A DNA stretch of 64,000 nucleotides from the human T2T-CHM13v2.0 reference genome, Homo sapiens, in NCBI RefSeq assembly GCF_009914755.1, contig NC_060941.1; one strand, given 5' to 3'. Shown one piece after another: positions 48,454 to 64,000 of the stretch. Position 1 is the first letter of the stretch. The number at the start of each line of letters is the position of its first letter. A model generated the notes under the pieces. That model searched no databases. It saw only the letters and a list, made by a program, of their open reading frames with translations, and had not been told where the DNA came from. The position numbers and the translations under genes are program-made.

Positions 48454-50382
48454 CAGCCTGGAAGGAATATTGTGAGAGAATAGATACATTCTTCACCAGC
48501 TACCATTATCTACAAATAGAACTTGTGAGTTGGGCATAACCTTTAGGCCAATTCTCTATACATGTAAAAACAATAGACCACTTTATTCACCAAAGTATGA
48601 ATAAAACATATAAAACAGAACACTTCATCTTTCCCCTTAAATATGTCCTTTCTTCATATTATTTTACTTTTTGAAATGTGAAGTAAAATTTACCTACATA
48701 CTTTTCATCCAGTTGGTTAATACCTTAACTTAACCAGTCCCCATAACTAGCCATAGCCCTCTAATATCAAGGATGTCACTGGATTAAGATTTTTAAAAAA
48801 TGTGCAGAGCACAATGCCAATGTTTCAATTTGACGTCTTGCGACTAGCTGCTGTTTTATCCTTCCATGTTTTCTCCCTCCTCAAATAATACGTTTACATG
48901 TCTTTGCCTCCACAACATTATAAATTCATCATGTATTTTCTTCATCTGCACACACTTGATATAGGAAGCATCCAGCATTGCACATGAAATAATATGTAAG
49001 GCAGAATACTCAAGGAGTTAGGATTGACTTGATTTGGGCTGTGACTTAGAAGCTGAGTTATAAGGAGTCATTGCAATGTTCTCCTTTAAAGTATTTTAAC
49101 ATAGACTATGCAAAATTATGCATGGGCAGTTAGTTTAAGCTTTAACTTTATATCCATCCAGTCACCCAAAATGAGAATTCACATTGGAAAGGGTGGTAGA
49201 TGGAGATGGGAGTGTGGATATCTAGTTAGCTATGTCAGAGGTACCATACCCAATGCGGTTACTATCAGTGCTCTGTTACCCAGATTGTGGTCAACATCCG
49301 AGGCTTTGCTAGATAGCATAGTGATGATGCAGGATCTTTTTCTCCTTAGCTCAGCTAGGTCCGGGTTCTTCTCTCACAACCAGGAAAAATTAGTCATGCG
49401 AACACTCGAAGAGTGAGTGAAGTAGAACTTATTAAGCAAAAGGAAAGCTCTCAGCAAAGAGAAAAGTCCTGAAAGCAGGTTCCTGGTTGTCCCCTTCACA
49501 GTTGAATACAAGGGCTTTTACATACGTGCTGATGGGGCTGGATTCCCTAGTTGTATAAGGTGCGAATTCCTTGTGGCTCTGCCGCATTCCTTCAGTGCAC
49601 ATGCAGGCCCTTAGTCCACTGCGGGCATGTTGCGCAGGGCAAGCACCCTGTGCAAGTTCCCTTATCTGCACAAAACACGGGTCGGAGTTTCTCCGGGAAC
49701 CCTTCACTTACTGTCTGCCTAAAGCAAGCTGGCTAACTCCTTTGAGTGATATTAGAAATACTCTTATTGGTGAAGATGATAGCTTGTTAATTAGCACAAC
49801 GATTATTAGAAATGCATTCTCATTGGAGAAATCAAAGCATTCAGGTTTTGTGTGTTGGCTAAAATATTTTAGAGACACCCACTACCTTCCATTACCAGGG
49901 CATGAACATCTTACAAGATTGTCACACGTACCCTTAGACCATGAACCTGAGGCTGGGTCACTGACCTTGGCTTAATTCTCTGACTTGGGAGCATTTCTAG
50001 TCTTGCGAGGATAACTGAGAGTAACTGAATCCTGCCTCTGGTATGTTTTTGTGTCTGTCTTGACAAAATTTGTCCTATAAATGTGATGTTTATAGTTCCC
50101 AAAAGAGAGCTGGAAGTTCATTTGAGTCTATGGAAACGATTGCGTGAACTGTGTTGAGCCTGCTTGCCAATAATTATTTATTGAATAAATGTCCATGCGA
50201 TAGGACAAATTTGGTTTGAGACTTGCTTTTCTTACAGCCTGGAAGGAACATTGTGAGAGAATAGATACATTCTTCACCAACTACCATTGTCTACAAATAG
50301 AACTTGTGAGTTGGCCGTACCTTTAGGCCAGTTCTCTATACATGTAAAAATAATAGACCACTTTATTCATCAAAGTATGAAT
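48454..50382 (+). repeat. Dispersed direct repeat pair (48454-48602 and 50235-50382)
   Basis: Manual alignment: 8 substitutions and 1 gap over 149 columns. Confidence 0.95.
49325..49745 (-). mobile_element. ERV1 solo LTR, MER48/MER61-class
   Basis: Minus strand begins ..AAAGGAGTTAGCCAGCTTGCTTTAGGCAGACAG; 4-bp TSD GTGA. Confidence 0.7.
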
Positions 50383-51141
50383 GAAAAGATTAGACTTCAA
50401 ATAGGCAAGTACAAAGCCCTGTATCTGGACAATAGAGTTGTTGCTTTAAAGGAAAAATTTCTTTTAAGCCTCAGGAACTATCTAGGGAAGGGTGGAAGAG
50501 GAGGATTTCGAAGATTAGCTGATGGCCACATTAAAGGCCAGAGGGCAGGGACTGGAATGCCCACTCTGGGGAGACAGCCATGGTGGAGAATGTGGAGATG
50601 GAGTCGTTTTGAATCCAGTGGCAATGAAGAAAAGACTTTGGTTAGGAAAAACGAGTCCCATTGCAATTATCTTTGCCCATAAGGAATTGTGACTTATTTC
50701 CTTCCCTTAAATCAATACCAGACCAGACCCAAATGCCAGCAAGCACAAAACAGCAGTGACCCAGCAAGCAGTAGGACAGTGCATTTAAGGACAGCTCCGT
50801 CTGGCCTGAGGAAGCAGCAGTTAAGGTTCAAGTCCTGTCTTATCATCGTTTTCCCGTTCCTCATTTCCTTTTGTTTGAGACTGGAGGTCAGTATCTAGGG
50901 GACTAAGGCAAATGACACACAAGAGATTTTGTTCCTGGGTGAACACCTCCTTGACTAACCAAATATTTAACTGTCTATTTTCATCTCTGGACAGCATAGT
51001 GGTAAGAATGGGAGGTGGTTAAATAAGGAAGGATCTGTCCTCTGCTCGTTCTTCCCTGTTACAAAAATGATCCCACATTGACTTCCCTTCGCTCCAAATT
51101 AAACTGCTCTATTTCTCATTCAGGCATCATAACCCATTGAT

Positions 51142-51503
51142 TGTTTTAGTCTGCCAAGGGTACTGTAACAAAGTACCATAGACTGAGTGTCTTATAAACA
51201 ACAGAAATGTGTTTCTCATAGTTCTGGAGGCTGGAAGTCGGAGATCAGCGTGCCGGCGTGGTTGGGTTCTGGTAAGGGCCTCTCCCGGGTTACAGATGGT
51301 CAACTTCTCATTGTGTTTTCATGTGGCAGGAAGATGGTAGAGAGCTCTCTGGAGTCTCTTTTTATAAGGGCGCTAATCCTGTTCATGAGCACTCCTTATG
51401 ACCTGATTGCTTCCCAAAGGCCTCACTTCCCAAAACCATCCTACTGGGGATTAGGGTTTCAACATGTGAATTTGGGGAGGACACAAACATTCAGTTCATT
51501 GCA
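51142..51503 (-). mobile_element. MLT1A/A0 solo LTR
   Basis: CATAGTTCTGGAGGCTGGAAGTC; GGACACAAACATTCAG. Confidence 0.88.
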
Positions 51504-52839
51504 CTAATCTATCACTTCGCTTCTGAATATATGTTGTTTGCAGTTTCAGGAGGGAAGGTGAGAAAGACTGGCCAGCCCCGAAGGGAGGGAGATAGGGGTG
51601 GTATGATTTTAACAAATTGAAAAGAATGATGAACTTCCCTGCAGGCCCTGGCTGTTCACTTTCCAGATGCGAAACTCTCCACCTTAAAGTGGAGCCCAGA
51701 GCAGTAAGACAGGTCATTGGATCCGGATTGGAGGCAAATCAGCTGAATGATGTGGGAATATACGATGATGCATGTTTGACACTTTTTTCCAACTTCTGTG
51801 GCAGATGAGCCTGCATGGCATAGTGAGTCTGCAACTGTGAACTCGGGAAATCCTGTACCTTCCCGTGCAGTCGCTCCCCAGCCATGCAGGTATTTCCAGA
51901 GCCTGGAGATCCCAGACTACCTTTCAAAAGAATGAATTCCAGACCCAGAGAGTCCCCTGGAGGAGATTCATGGCAAGCAGCCGTACGAAATAACAGAAGC
52001 CCCAGAGAGGGGAAGCAATTTCCTGCCTAAGTCGTCCATCTGTCAGTGGCAAAGCTAGGACTGGAACTCAGGATTCTCCATCCCTCTTCCCAAACCTGGC
52101 ACTATCTTCCTGGCTTTCTGGGTCTGGAGTCCCATGTTAGAGGCCCTCTGTTTTCAGAGCAGGACTCATTGAATATGTGTGCTCTTTCTACTCAAGTGCT
52201 TCAAGGATCCTTCCTGGAAAAGTAAGAAAGGGGTGGTGATCCTCCATAGATATGGATTGTCAATTATCTCTGAAGACTAGATAAGGAATGGGGGTGGGGA
52301 GGTGTTCTAAAAGAAATGGGGTCTGGGTTGAGAGAGTCAAAGCACACAAGTTGGCACTGCTAATTTGCTCATACCTCTGAGGAACAAAGTTGCTCCTGTT
52401 TTCTATCTAAGAGGGTCCCCTGTCTCTTCCCATTGTGTGTTCCCAGGCCTCGGTTCCGGACCAGTGCTGTCATGGCCTCACCATGTCATAGAATTCCCAT
52501 CATTTCACTTGTGACTCCCTTCTTCCTAGGACCCGGGCATAAATTCTTGAAGAGTTGATCTGAGTGACAGACTCCCATGCTATGCCAAAAACGGCCTCTT
52601 ATTTCCCAATGATTGAGACCTTTTATTTGATCAATCTCATGTGCTCACTGGACCCCAGTGATACCTTCACATACCTGACACCTCAGGGAAACACAGCTTC
52701 CGTTCAAGTCAAGATCCTTGCTATACTGCAAACTCTTATGAAACGTCTAGGAGAATTTTCAGGCTCCTTTGTATATGGAAAAAGGTCAGAATGAAGCTCC
52801 AAATTCTTCAGCATGTGTAAAAACTTAAGACAACCATAT

Positions 52840-53178
<339 letters not shown>

Positions 53179-53822
53179 TAAAGCAACTTTATTCTCAACT
53201 GAATGACATTTTAATCACTTTCTTGCCCATGTGGATATGGATAAGGATATTTTGCCAATATTCTTGTTTGTGTTTGACTGTGATGCTATTGTTATACAAA
53301 GAATGGGCAGGTGGAGCTAAGCAGAAAGAGACAGTCGGGTACCTGTACCATGGAAAATGGAAGAGAGCCAAGCAGACTGCATCCTTAGGGGGCAGGGAGG
53401 TCAGTGCAAGTTGGGACAAAGCCTAGCTGAATCGGTGAGCACTTCATGGCAGACTAGTCAAATTATATCTCTTGGACTAAGATCTTCATTAAAGGCCTGC
53501 ACCTCAGAGACATTTCAGCCTACCAAGGTGCATCATTATGGAAGACTGGGCATGATAATAGTAATTTAAATGAAGTTAAAAGAGCAGTCTAAATTAGAAC
53601 AGGTATTCACATTCCAATTTCTCTTGAGAAGAGCCTCTGTTGGATAAAGAAAACTCGCTGAGCAAAATAAATCGATTGGAGGTAAACTTTACCAGCCCTG
53701 GAGTGCAAGGTTTAGAAACATGCACACATCCCACGGTGTTAAGGGTCCTGCTGTTTTCTTCCATGTCATTTCATCACAGAACAATTTTCTACAGCAACCT
53801 GATCTACCTTGTGGCCCAGTAA

Positions 53823-54119
<297 letters not shown>

Positions 54120-54804
54120 AAGCATGTGAGAGTTTTAAATCAAATGTTACCTTGTCCCTATTAGCCTTACCACTGCTAAATATCTACACGGTTCCCTGTT
54201 AAGGAGAGTTTCTAAATGACTCTCTTGAGAAATCCTGGATAAATGGAGAATGGAGCATTTTTCCTGCCTCTAAGCTTTGCTCCACTGCAATCTTTCACAT
54301 GCTGTGTATCCAGAGGGTGACTGCCAGATAGCTTCTTGAAGAAAGGGAGGAGGAAACGGTCATTTTCTTGCTGCGCTTTCTAACACCCAACAGAGGAAAT
54401 GCACAGCATAGGTGTGTGGGAGTTTGGCTGACTTATGGTAAAAAATAAACATGGTTTCCTGTTTGTCTCTTGTTTCCATTCCTTCCTTCCTTCATTTCAT
54501 TCTTATTTTCATTCAAGCGGTGAGGAGTGACTGGTACTTCCTGCCAGGAATAACATTTTATGAGGGCAAAGAAGGTGTCATTTGGGGACCAAAAAATATC
54601 AGTCCTTCTTGCAGGCTTCCAAAAATTCTCACCTTTCACTCATCAATCAGTATCATTCCTTAAACTAATGTTGAGTATTTTAACTTGTGCTAAATCATCC
54701 TGTTATTTGGAATGCTGAAAGACTGGCATCTTGATGCATTATAATTTTCTCATATATCTGATTAGCTTGGAGCAATTCCAAGTGCACAGCATATTCCATT
54801 ACCC

Positions 54805-55004
54805 ATTTGTCCATCCACCTACACACCCACCCACCTTTCCATCCATGCATCCATCCATCCATGCATCCATCCAGCCAGCCATCCATCCATCCATTCATCC
54901 ATCTACCTACCCACCCACCCACCTTTCCATCCATCCATCCATGCATCCATGCATCCATCCATCCATCCATCCATGCATCCGCCCATCCATCCATCCATCC
55001 ATCC
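54805..55004. repeat. (CCAT)n-type tetranucleotide array
   Basis: Seen directly. Confidence 0.95.
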
Positions 55005-55082
55005 AAAGAAGGAAATGAGTTGAGTGTTCTGTGTTGAAGAGACAGACAGTGCAAAGGCACTGAGGAATAACAAGCTTGGTGT

Positions 55083-55375
55083 GTTTTGTTTGTTTGTTTC
55101 TTTTAGATACAGATTCTTCCCATGTCACCCAGGCTGGGGTACAGTGGCATGATCATAGCTCACTCTAGCCTAGAACTTCTGGGCTCAAGAGATCCTCCTG
55201 CATCACCCTCTCAAGTAGGTAGGACTGCAGGCACATGCTATCACATCCAGCTAATTTTTAAATATTTTTTGTAGAGATGAGGTCTCACTGTGTTGCTCAG
55301 GCTGGTCTTGAACTCCTGGCCTCAAGTGGCTTTCCAAAGTGCTAGGATTATAGGCGTGAACCACTGTGCCCGGCC
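55083..55375 (-). mobile_element. AluJ with small internal deletion
   Basis: Perfect 11-bp TSD AAGCTTGGTGT. Confidence 0.9.
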
Positions 55376-55389
55376 AAGCTTGGTGTAGA

Positions 55390-56470
<1,081 letters not shown>

Positions 56471-56789
56471 TCATTATCAGATCAGTTTGTAGCTTGTGAG
56501 CATAGGGATCATGCCCCACAAACAGGAGTTTTTACTGAGGCTTGGAAAAGTCTGATCTTCCATATCAGAAATCAACATTTTGCAGGTACATTGGCTATTA
56601 GGGCTTTTCAGCTGAATCAGTTACTCTGCATAATATATATCCTGCATGGAGTAACTTAAAAGTTTTGGGAAGCAGGAAAAAGATATGATTTCTATGGTCC
56701 TTAGAAACATTGCCTAGTGATCTAGGGACCTGGAGAAATTCCACATTATTGAAGTCAAGATGTTCCATATCTATTCTCTGTTTATCTAG

Positions 56790-56943
56790 TTAGGTCAGTG
56801 CAGTGGTAAGAAGAAGTCGAGAGCCTGGATTCTGGTCTTGTCCTCATCATCTACTAGCTGGGTGACTTCGAGCAAGGTGATTAACTTCTTTGAGCTTTCC
56901 TTCCATTAATATACCATATTGAGTTGTTAGCAATACTCGTAGG

Positions 56944-56980
<37 letters not shown>

Positions 56981-57070
56981 ATGTGTATACGTATGTGAAG
57001 AATGCTGGAGATAGCGCATGAAAAGTACTTAGCACATGGTTAGAGCTCTGTAAATGGCCATTTTTATAGT
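56790..57070 (+). mobile_element. MIR containing a (TG)n tract at 56948-56979
   Basis: CTAGCTGGGTGACTTCGAGCAAG core, AAAGTACTTAGCACA tail. Confidence 0.7.
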
Positions 57071-57329
57071 GATAGTTATTGTATCCATCTTCTTCCCTTC
57101 AGACTCTGTTCTGCTCCACATTGTGCTCATTTCTTACTTTTATCAAGATTTTCCTCCATTTTGCAATGTTTTTTCTCCTCCTTTCTGCCTTTCCACTTCC
57201 TACCAGTCTCCTCTTCCATGTCTTTTATTCAAACATTTTTAAGCTTGGCCTGTGTGTTAAGTTCTGTGCCTGGAAATGAACACCATAAACTCTTCCCTAA
57301 TTATCTCAGCTTACCATCTATCTTCCACC

Positions 57330-57545
57330 CATTCAGCCACCCACCCCCCCGTCCACTCACCCATCCATCCGTCCATTCAATCACCCACCCATTTATCCAT
57401 CCATCCATCCATCTATCCATCCACCCATCCATCTGTCTGTCCGTCCATCCATCTGTCCACGTGTCCATCCATCCATCCATCCATCCATCTGTCCGTCCAT
57501 CCATCCATCCATCCATCCAACCATCCATCCATCCATCCATCCATC
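57330..57545. repeat. (CCAT)n-type tetranucleotide array
   Basis: Seen directly. Confidence 0.95.
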
Positions 57546-57839
57546 CCCTAGGTATTTTTTTACTTCCAAGTGATTTTGCACAATCTAACATTGATCTTAC
57601 CTAGCCTTGTGACTTCTGATAATTCCAGGTGTATATATTAGCTTTCTCAGTGAGACTGTAATTTCCTGAATGGGAGGAGAACATCTAACACTTAAAAAAA
57701 AAAGCCTCATTAGAGCATAGAGCAAAAGGCCAGATACCGAATGGGCATGTAATATATTCATGTTAAAATAAAATGAGAACTGGAAAATGATTTGCCCAGC
57801 CTGGCTGGGAAAGTCCTTCATACAAAGTCCTCCTCGGTT

Positions 57840-57990
57840 TCCCTGCCAGACTGCTGTCATGTGGCTGTTTTCAGACTGTGATTTACGAGATGGGCAGAAC
57901 TGCGTCAATTATGCAAATCACACAGAGCTCCCTAAGGAAAATGCCTGCCAATTTCAGGGGAGTCTGCCCATATTCATTTATGCTTGTTGA
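57840..57990. promoter_or_regulatory. Candidate enhancer motif cluster
   Basis: CTGTCA (MEIS), TGATTTACGA (PBX-HOX), ATGCAAAT (octamer) within 65 bp of non-repetitive DNA. Confidence 0.35.
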
Positions 57991-58159
57991 AGCTTTTTAA
58001 ACATCCCATTGGCCCTCTGTCACACGCACATTCACCTCTGAGTCACCTTGTGCTGTCTCTAGTGTCTTCTCTGCTCGCTGATAATAGCTGCTGTATTAGT
58101 GCAAAACCACACCCAATTTCTAAAGCTTGGGTGCCATGTTTTTTTTCATCCACTTCTTT

Positions 58160-59000
58160 ACCAGACACTTAATGAGATGCTGTTGAGGACTAGGCATGTA
58201 CTGGGCATGGGGGAATATAGTGGTGAATAATACATAATCACCACTCTAGGAAATCAGAGCTCTCAAGGCAGACAACAGACAACTACCATTCATTGTGATA
58301 AACATTATAAAAGTGGAGCAAAATAGAGAGGAACTAATTCTGCCTGTGAGTTGGAAGGAAGCTTCCCAGAGAAGATGAAAGATAAGTAGGCATTCCCTAA
58401 GAGATAAGAAAAGAAGAAAGAATCAAGACAGAGGGAATATTATATGCAAAGGCACAGAGGAATATAAGAGAGCAAGACATTCAATGGCCAAGAGATGGTT
58501 GGTGTGAAGGGAAGGGATGAATGTGAGAGGGGGGATTTGAAGGAAGTGGGTGAGGAGAAGCAGGAGATGAAGCTGAAACCGATGAAGAACGACCCCGTGT
58601 AAGATGATCAGGATTGTGGCTCTCATTGTGTAGAGGCAATGGGGAGCCATTTAAGGAGTGAGGACATGGTTTCATTTGTGTTCAGAAAAATCTCTCTGGC
58701 AGGGGGAAGAGTTATTGGGCTATGGTAAGTGCAGAGCAGAGATGATGAGGGCTAAAACTAATGTAGTGGAAGATGGATGGGGATGAAGAACATAATTAAT
58801 TTGAAGGATGCTTAGAAGGTAGGAGCTATAGATGGCAACACCAAAAGTGAGAGGCATGAAGATTGATCCCAAGATTTCTAGTACCAATAGCTTGGTAGAT
58901 GGCAGCTTTATTGAATGAGTTGGGGAAGATGGGAAGGAATCAAACTTTGGAGGGAACGTGATGGTTTGTGTTTGTGACATGTTGAACTTGGAGATATCCA
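58160..59000 (-). mobile_element. L2 LINE fragment
   Basis: GGAAGCTTCCCAGAGAAGATG, GCAAAGGCACAGAGG, GGCAATGGGGAGCCAT. Confidence 0.7.
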
Positions 59001-59191
59001 GTCAAATCTAGAACTCGGGAATAGTATGAAACTACCAGTGCTGTTGTTTCTGGGCCTTAGAACATCTCTGTCCTTTACTTTGCTTATGGATCAACAACTT
59101 TAGAGTAAAATGGGAATCTTTATCATCTTGAGTTTCAGCATTAGACTAGTTTAAGTTCAAATTTTGTCACTCTAATTTACCAATATCCTGC

Positions 59192-59497
59192 CTTTTTTTT
59201 TTTTTTTTTTTTTTGGTGACAGAGTCTTGCTCTGTCACCCAAGCTTGATTGCAGTGGCACGATCTCAGCTCACTGTGACCTCCATCTCCCGATTCAAGCG
59301 ATTATCCTGCCTCAGCCTCCCGAGTAGCTGGGATTACAGGCATGTGCCACCACATCCGGCTAATTTTTTGTATTTTTATTAGAGACAGGGTTTCACCACG
59401 TTGGCCAGGTTGGTTTTGAACTCCTGACTTCAGGTGATCTGCCCGCCTCGGCCTCCCAAAGTGCTGGGATTAGAGGTGTGAGCCACCACACCTGGCC
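59192..59497 (-). mobile_element. AluSx-like
   Basis: TSD CCAA(T/C)ATCCTG. Confidence 0.9.
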
Positions 59498-60419
59498 CCA
59501 ACATCCTGACTTTATACAGGTTAACCCACAGCTACCAGCCAGCTTTCACAACAGAAAAATGGGGCCTGTTAATATCAGTCTACAGGGTTTGTGATAATTC
59601 ACTGAGATGTGGAGACACTATAAGCAATAATCAGGCAGTGAAGAGTTCTAAAAAGATAATTCTAAGCACTCAAAAAGGCTCTGCACAGATTTAGCTATTC
59701 CCAAGTTTCTCCACTTAAAAAAAAAGTCCAAAAGATTATTTTGGGAAATGGACTTAGGCCTGGAAATGCATTTGGCTTACTAAGGCCCTGTTTCTTCACC
59801 TTAATTATTTTTGGAGGAAGGCTGCAGATTCCAAAGGACACTGGGCCATGAGACTCAACACACATGTTCTCTTTCCTGGCATTTGAGAAAAAAATTTTTG
59901 GAAAAATCCCCAAAACCTACTGTCCACACAGCAGCCCTCAGTGATCACTGCAATTGCTCAATTGTATGGTTATTCACGAGGCGCAGATTATAGGGTTACT
60001 TAGCTGAAGTCTCTGTGACTCCACCAGATAAAACTAAATTAAAAAAAAAAAACATGCAAACGCTGGATATTTTCTGAGCATATGGCAGCATTTAGTTTTA
60101 GTCAGCAAGAAATAGGAACAAAACAAAACAAAGCCAAACTGTGAGCAATATTTTTTGTTCTCTTTTTCTGTTTTGTTTTGCTTTTCAAGGATGTGGATAT
60201 CTGAGACCCAGGCTTGGTTATACAGAACAAGCCTCTTTTGAAAACACCTGATATTAATAAAATGATAAAAGAACAGGCTATTCGCAATTTTTATGGAGGC
60301 CTTGCTTCAAAAGTTTGTTGCTAGATCTGTATTTTGAAACTTGGAATTCAGGTTTGCATAGAGATGGTAATTTATAGGTCTCCAGGCCAGCCTGGGCAAA
60401 TAATCCTGTTCTAGCAAAC

Positions 60420-61470
<1,051 letters not shown>

Positions 61471-63935
61471 GTCCGAGGTGCAGGCACTTGTGACTGTACA
61501 TGACGTTATGTCCATGCGAGAGGTGCTCAGAGTGCCACTGCCCCCAATGGCCACAGGGCTTTCCCCTCCCCACAGCCACCCCACTGGGTGAACAGTCAGG
61601 ATAGAGATGGCATCAGGCCAAGCCATGGTGGTGGCTGCCACGGTCTGTAACCGGCATCCCAGCGGGGCAGGGGGTGGGAGGGAGCCATGACCTGAGGACC
61701 ACAGAGCAGGGCGACAAGGGCTCAGGTAATGGGCTGAGAACAGGTAGCAGGGAGGGTAGACAGAGGACTCCTTGCAAGCAAGGACACTGTCATGCTTGGT
61801 GTTTTAAGCCCAGAGCCTGGTCCAGGCCCAGAGAGTGGGAGATGCACAGGAAATGACTGCTGACTACAGACGGAGATGAATGCAGAGTCTGAGGTTGGGG
61901 GGGCCCCTTCTTGCTTTTCCTTTTTCCCAATCCCTCCCTGCCTCACTCCCTTACCTGTTACCCCTAGGACCCAGAGTCCCCTGCAGATGTAGGACAGGGG
62001 CAGGAAACCACAGATGGAGGCTCATGTCAGAGCATCTCTCCTTCTGGCTCAGGCCCAGCCCAGTTTAACCAGGATCACTAATTTCTACCTTGAAGCATTT
62101 TGGGAGGGTTTTTGAGGGCTGTTACGAGGCGTGGGCCACATCCATCTTTATCCAGTGACCTTATTGGAGGTCACAGTGCAAAGCAGATGGGGAAGTTTAA
62201 TTAACGTACAATAAGAAAGTCATAATTTCTAGAATTCCAAATAAAAGGTATCCCTGATCCCCACAAAAATGGAGCTGAGCCCATTCCTGTGGGCTTTAGT
62301 CTTGCTTCCTCCTTGCAAATGGCAAACTGCAGGCTCTTGATTTTACCCTTAACAGTGGCCCTTGCCTAGCAGCTGTGTCTCTCTGTCTATCCTCAGGCCT
62401 GGCTCTGGGCACCTATCAAAGGGCAGTGCTTTTCTGGTCTGGGCTGTAGGGAAGGGTGAGGGCCCTGCTCTTCATAGTAGGAATAGCGGCATGGGACATC
62501 TTCACTGGAAGGGAGAAGAGTAAGTCATCAGAGAGACAGGCACGGTTGCCAGGTTGGTGTGAGGGAATGATTCTAGAATAAGAGGCTGCTTTGTTGGATT
62601 TCACAGCCCCAGTCATGTCTCTCACCTCTCTACCTGAATTCATTACATATACATGTACACACACACATACTTATACATGCACACCAGGGTCATAAGTGGC
62701 AGAGCTTCAGCCTGAACCCATCTTCCAGCTTTTGACCATACAGGACTAACTTTAGCTTGCTCCCCTCCTTTCCTCTGATTTTTCCCCTCCTATGGAACTT
62801 GCCCAACTTCCAAAGCTCTAGCATCTTCGTTACAGGGCTCTTACCATGGAACCTGCCTGCCCCACTCAGCTGCCATGAGGTTAATGTGCTCACTTTTATG
62901 TCTTAGCTCTGGAAGGCAGCAGTCAAAATTGGAAGAACAAAGAAAGAGATAGAAATAAAATGAATTTGTATACATGTATCAGCATGTATTAATTATTCAA
63001 CAAATGTATTGGATTTTATTATAAAAAAAGAAGAAACAGTGGCAGACGAATCCATTAGCGTTTATTGTAGGTGCACAGGCTGTTTTACCAAGAGAACTGA
63101 GAAAAGAACACAGAACAAATAAACTTCAGGGAGGGTGGGGTAAGAATGTGTGTGGTGGTTGGGCACAAATGTGCAGGATTAGTTTTTGCTGATCAGGTAG
63201 AGAGAGGGAGGTAGGTATATGGGAGCACTGTTAAAATATCTTGAAACTTCCGTTTTTTCATGGTTAATAATACTGGATTATTATAGTGGAACAATAGTGT
63301 GGATTAAAAGAGGTGAATCCGCAAAAGCTTTTAACATACGCATGGAGCAAAGTAATTACTCAGAATATTTTGGCTGATACAAATATTACTAATTTTCACT
63401 TCTGAGTTCTTACTTTCCTGAGTCCTCTGAGTAGAAGATACACTTTTTTTAAAATGTAGATCTTGCTTTGTGTAATTAATGGGCTCCTGCAAAGCTGTAT
63501 TTACCTTGGGTCTACTGTCACTTGTGAAACTAAATTGACAGTTCTTCTTTTTAATGCTTGGGCATGTGATCTAAGTGTTGGAAATCTCCTCTGTGGGTCT
63601 CAAGCACTTGTTGGTCTCCATTGAACTTTGCTGGGGTTCTGGAAGGCTATTCCTTGTCTAAAAGAAAACATGTAGGTAGGGGAACACTGATGTTAAGCCC
63701 TCATTGGCACCTGTATGGGGCCAACTGTATGGAACCTTCCCTCCCTCCACAGATGGAATAGAGCAGCTCATGGCTAGAACAATAGGAGAGACAGAAGTTA
63801 TACACAAACTGCCAGGTCGTGCACAAGGTATGCAGGCTGGTTTCTGAATACAGATGATAAATTAGCCTGTGGGCAGGTAGAGCCGTGATGGGGATGACAC
63901 TAGGCAGATGCCAACTATAGGTCCTTCTAGGAAGG

Positions 63936-64000
63936 TGTCTTAGTTCATTTTCTGTTGCTTATAACAGAATACTTGAAACCTGGTAATTTATAAAGAAAAG
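63936..64000 (-). mobile_element. MST-type LTR running off the window edge
   Basis: TGTCTTAGTTCATTTTCTGTTGCTTATAACAGAATAC. Confidence 0.75.

Noticed and set aside
48457-48524. Resemblance of WKEYCERIDTFF to a Ty3/Gypsy gag N-terminal motif
   Set aside because: Too short, and no further gag or pol similarity nearby

Overview
Primate, human-like genomic DNA with no CpG island, no recognisable host protein-coding exon, no rRNA or tRNA gene and no CRISPR array; most likely intergenic or deep intronic. It is dominated by transposon fossils: about 25 Alus (J, S and Y types), MIR, L2, old and young L1, MaLR/ERV solo LTRs (MLT1, MLT2, THE1, MST, MER41A, LTR22, LTR16, MER48-like) and DNA transposon MITEs (MER30, MER53, MER5, Tigger3a, Tc2). 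The only long protein-like ORFs belong to a 5'-truncated, 5'-inverted, frameshifted L1PA2/PA3-type element (about 28409-31294). I found no convincing new biological system. The best leads are two short dispersed duplications of unique-looking sequence (one with H/ACA-snoRNA-like architecture, one bounded by splice-site-like signals), an HML-5 LTR22 nested in an Alu with two tandem PBS-like modules, a short poly(A)-tailed insertion of unknown origin, a second much older L1 inversion, and a MEIS/PBX-HOX/octamer motif cluster. Repeat subfamily names come from my recollection of consensus sequences, not from a database search, and boundaries of old elements are approximate.
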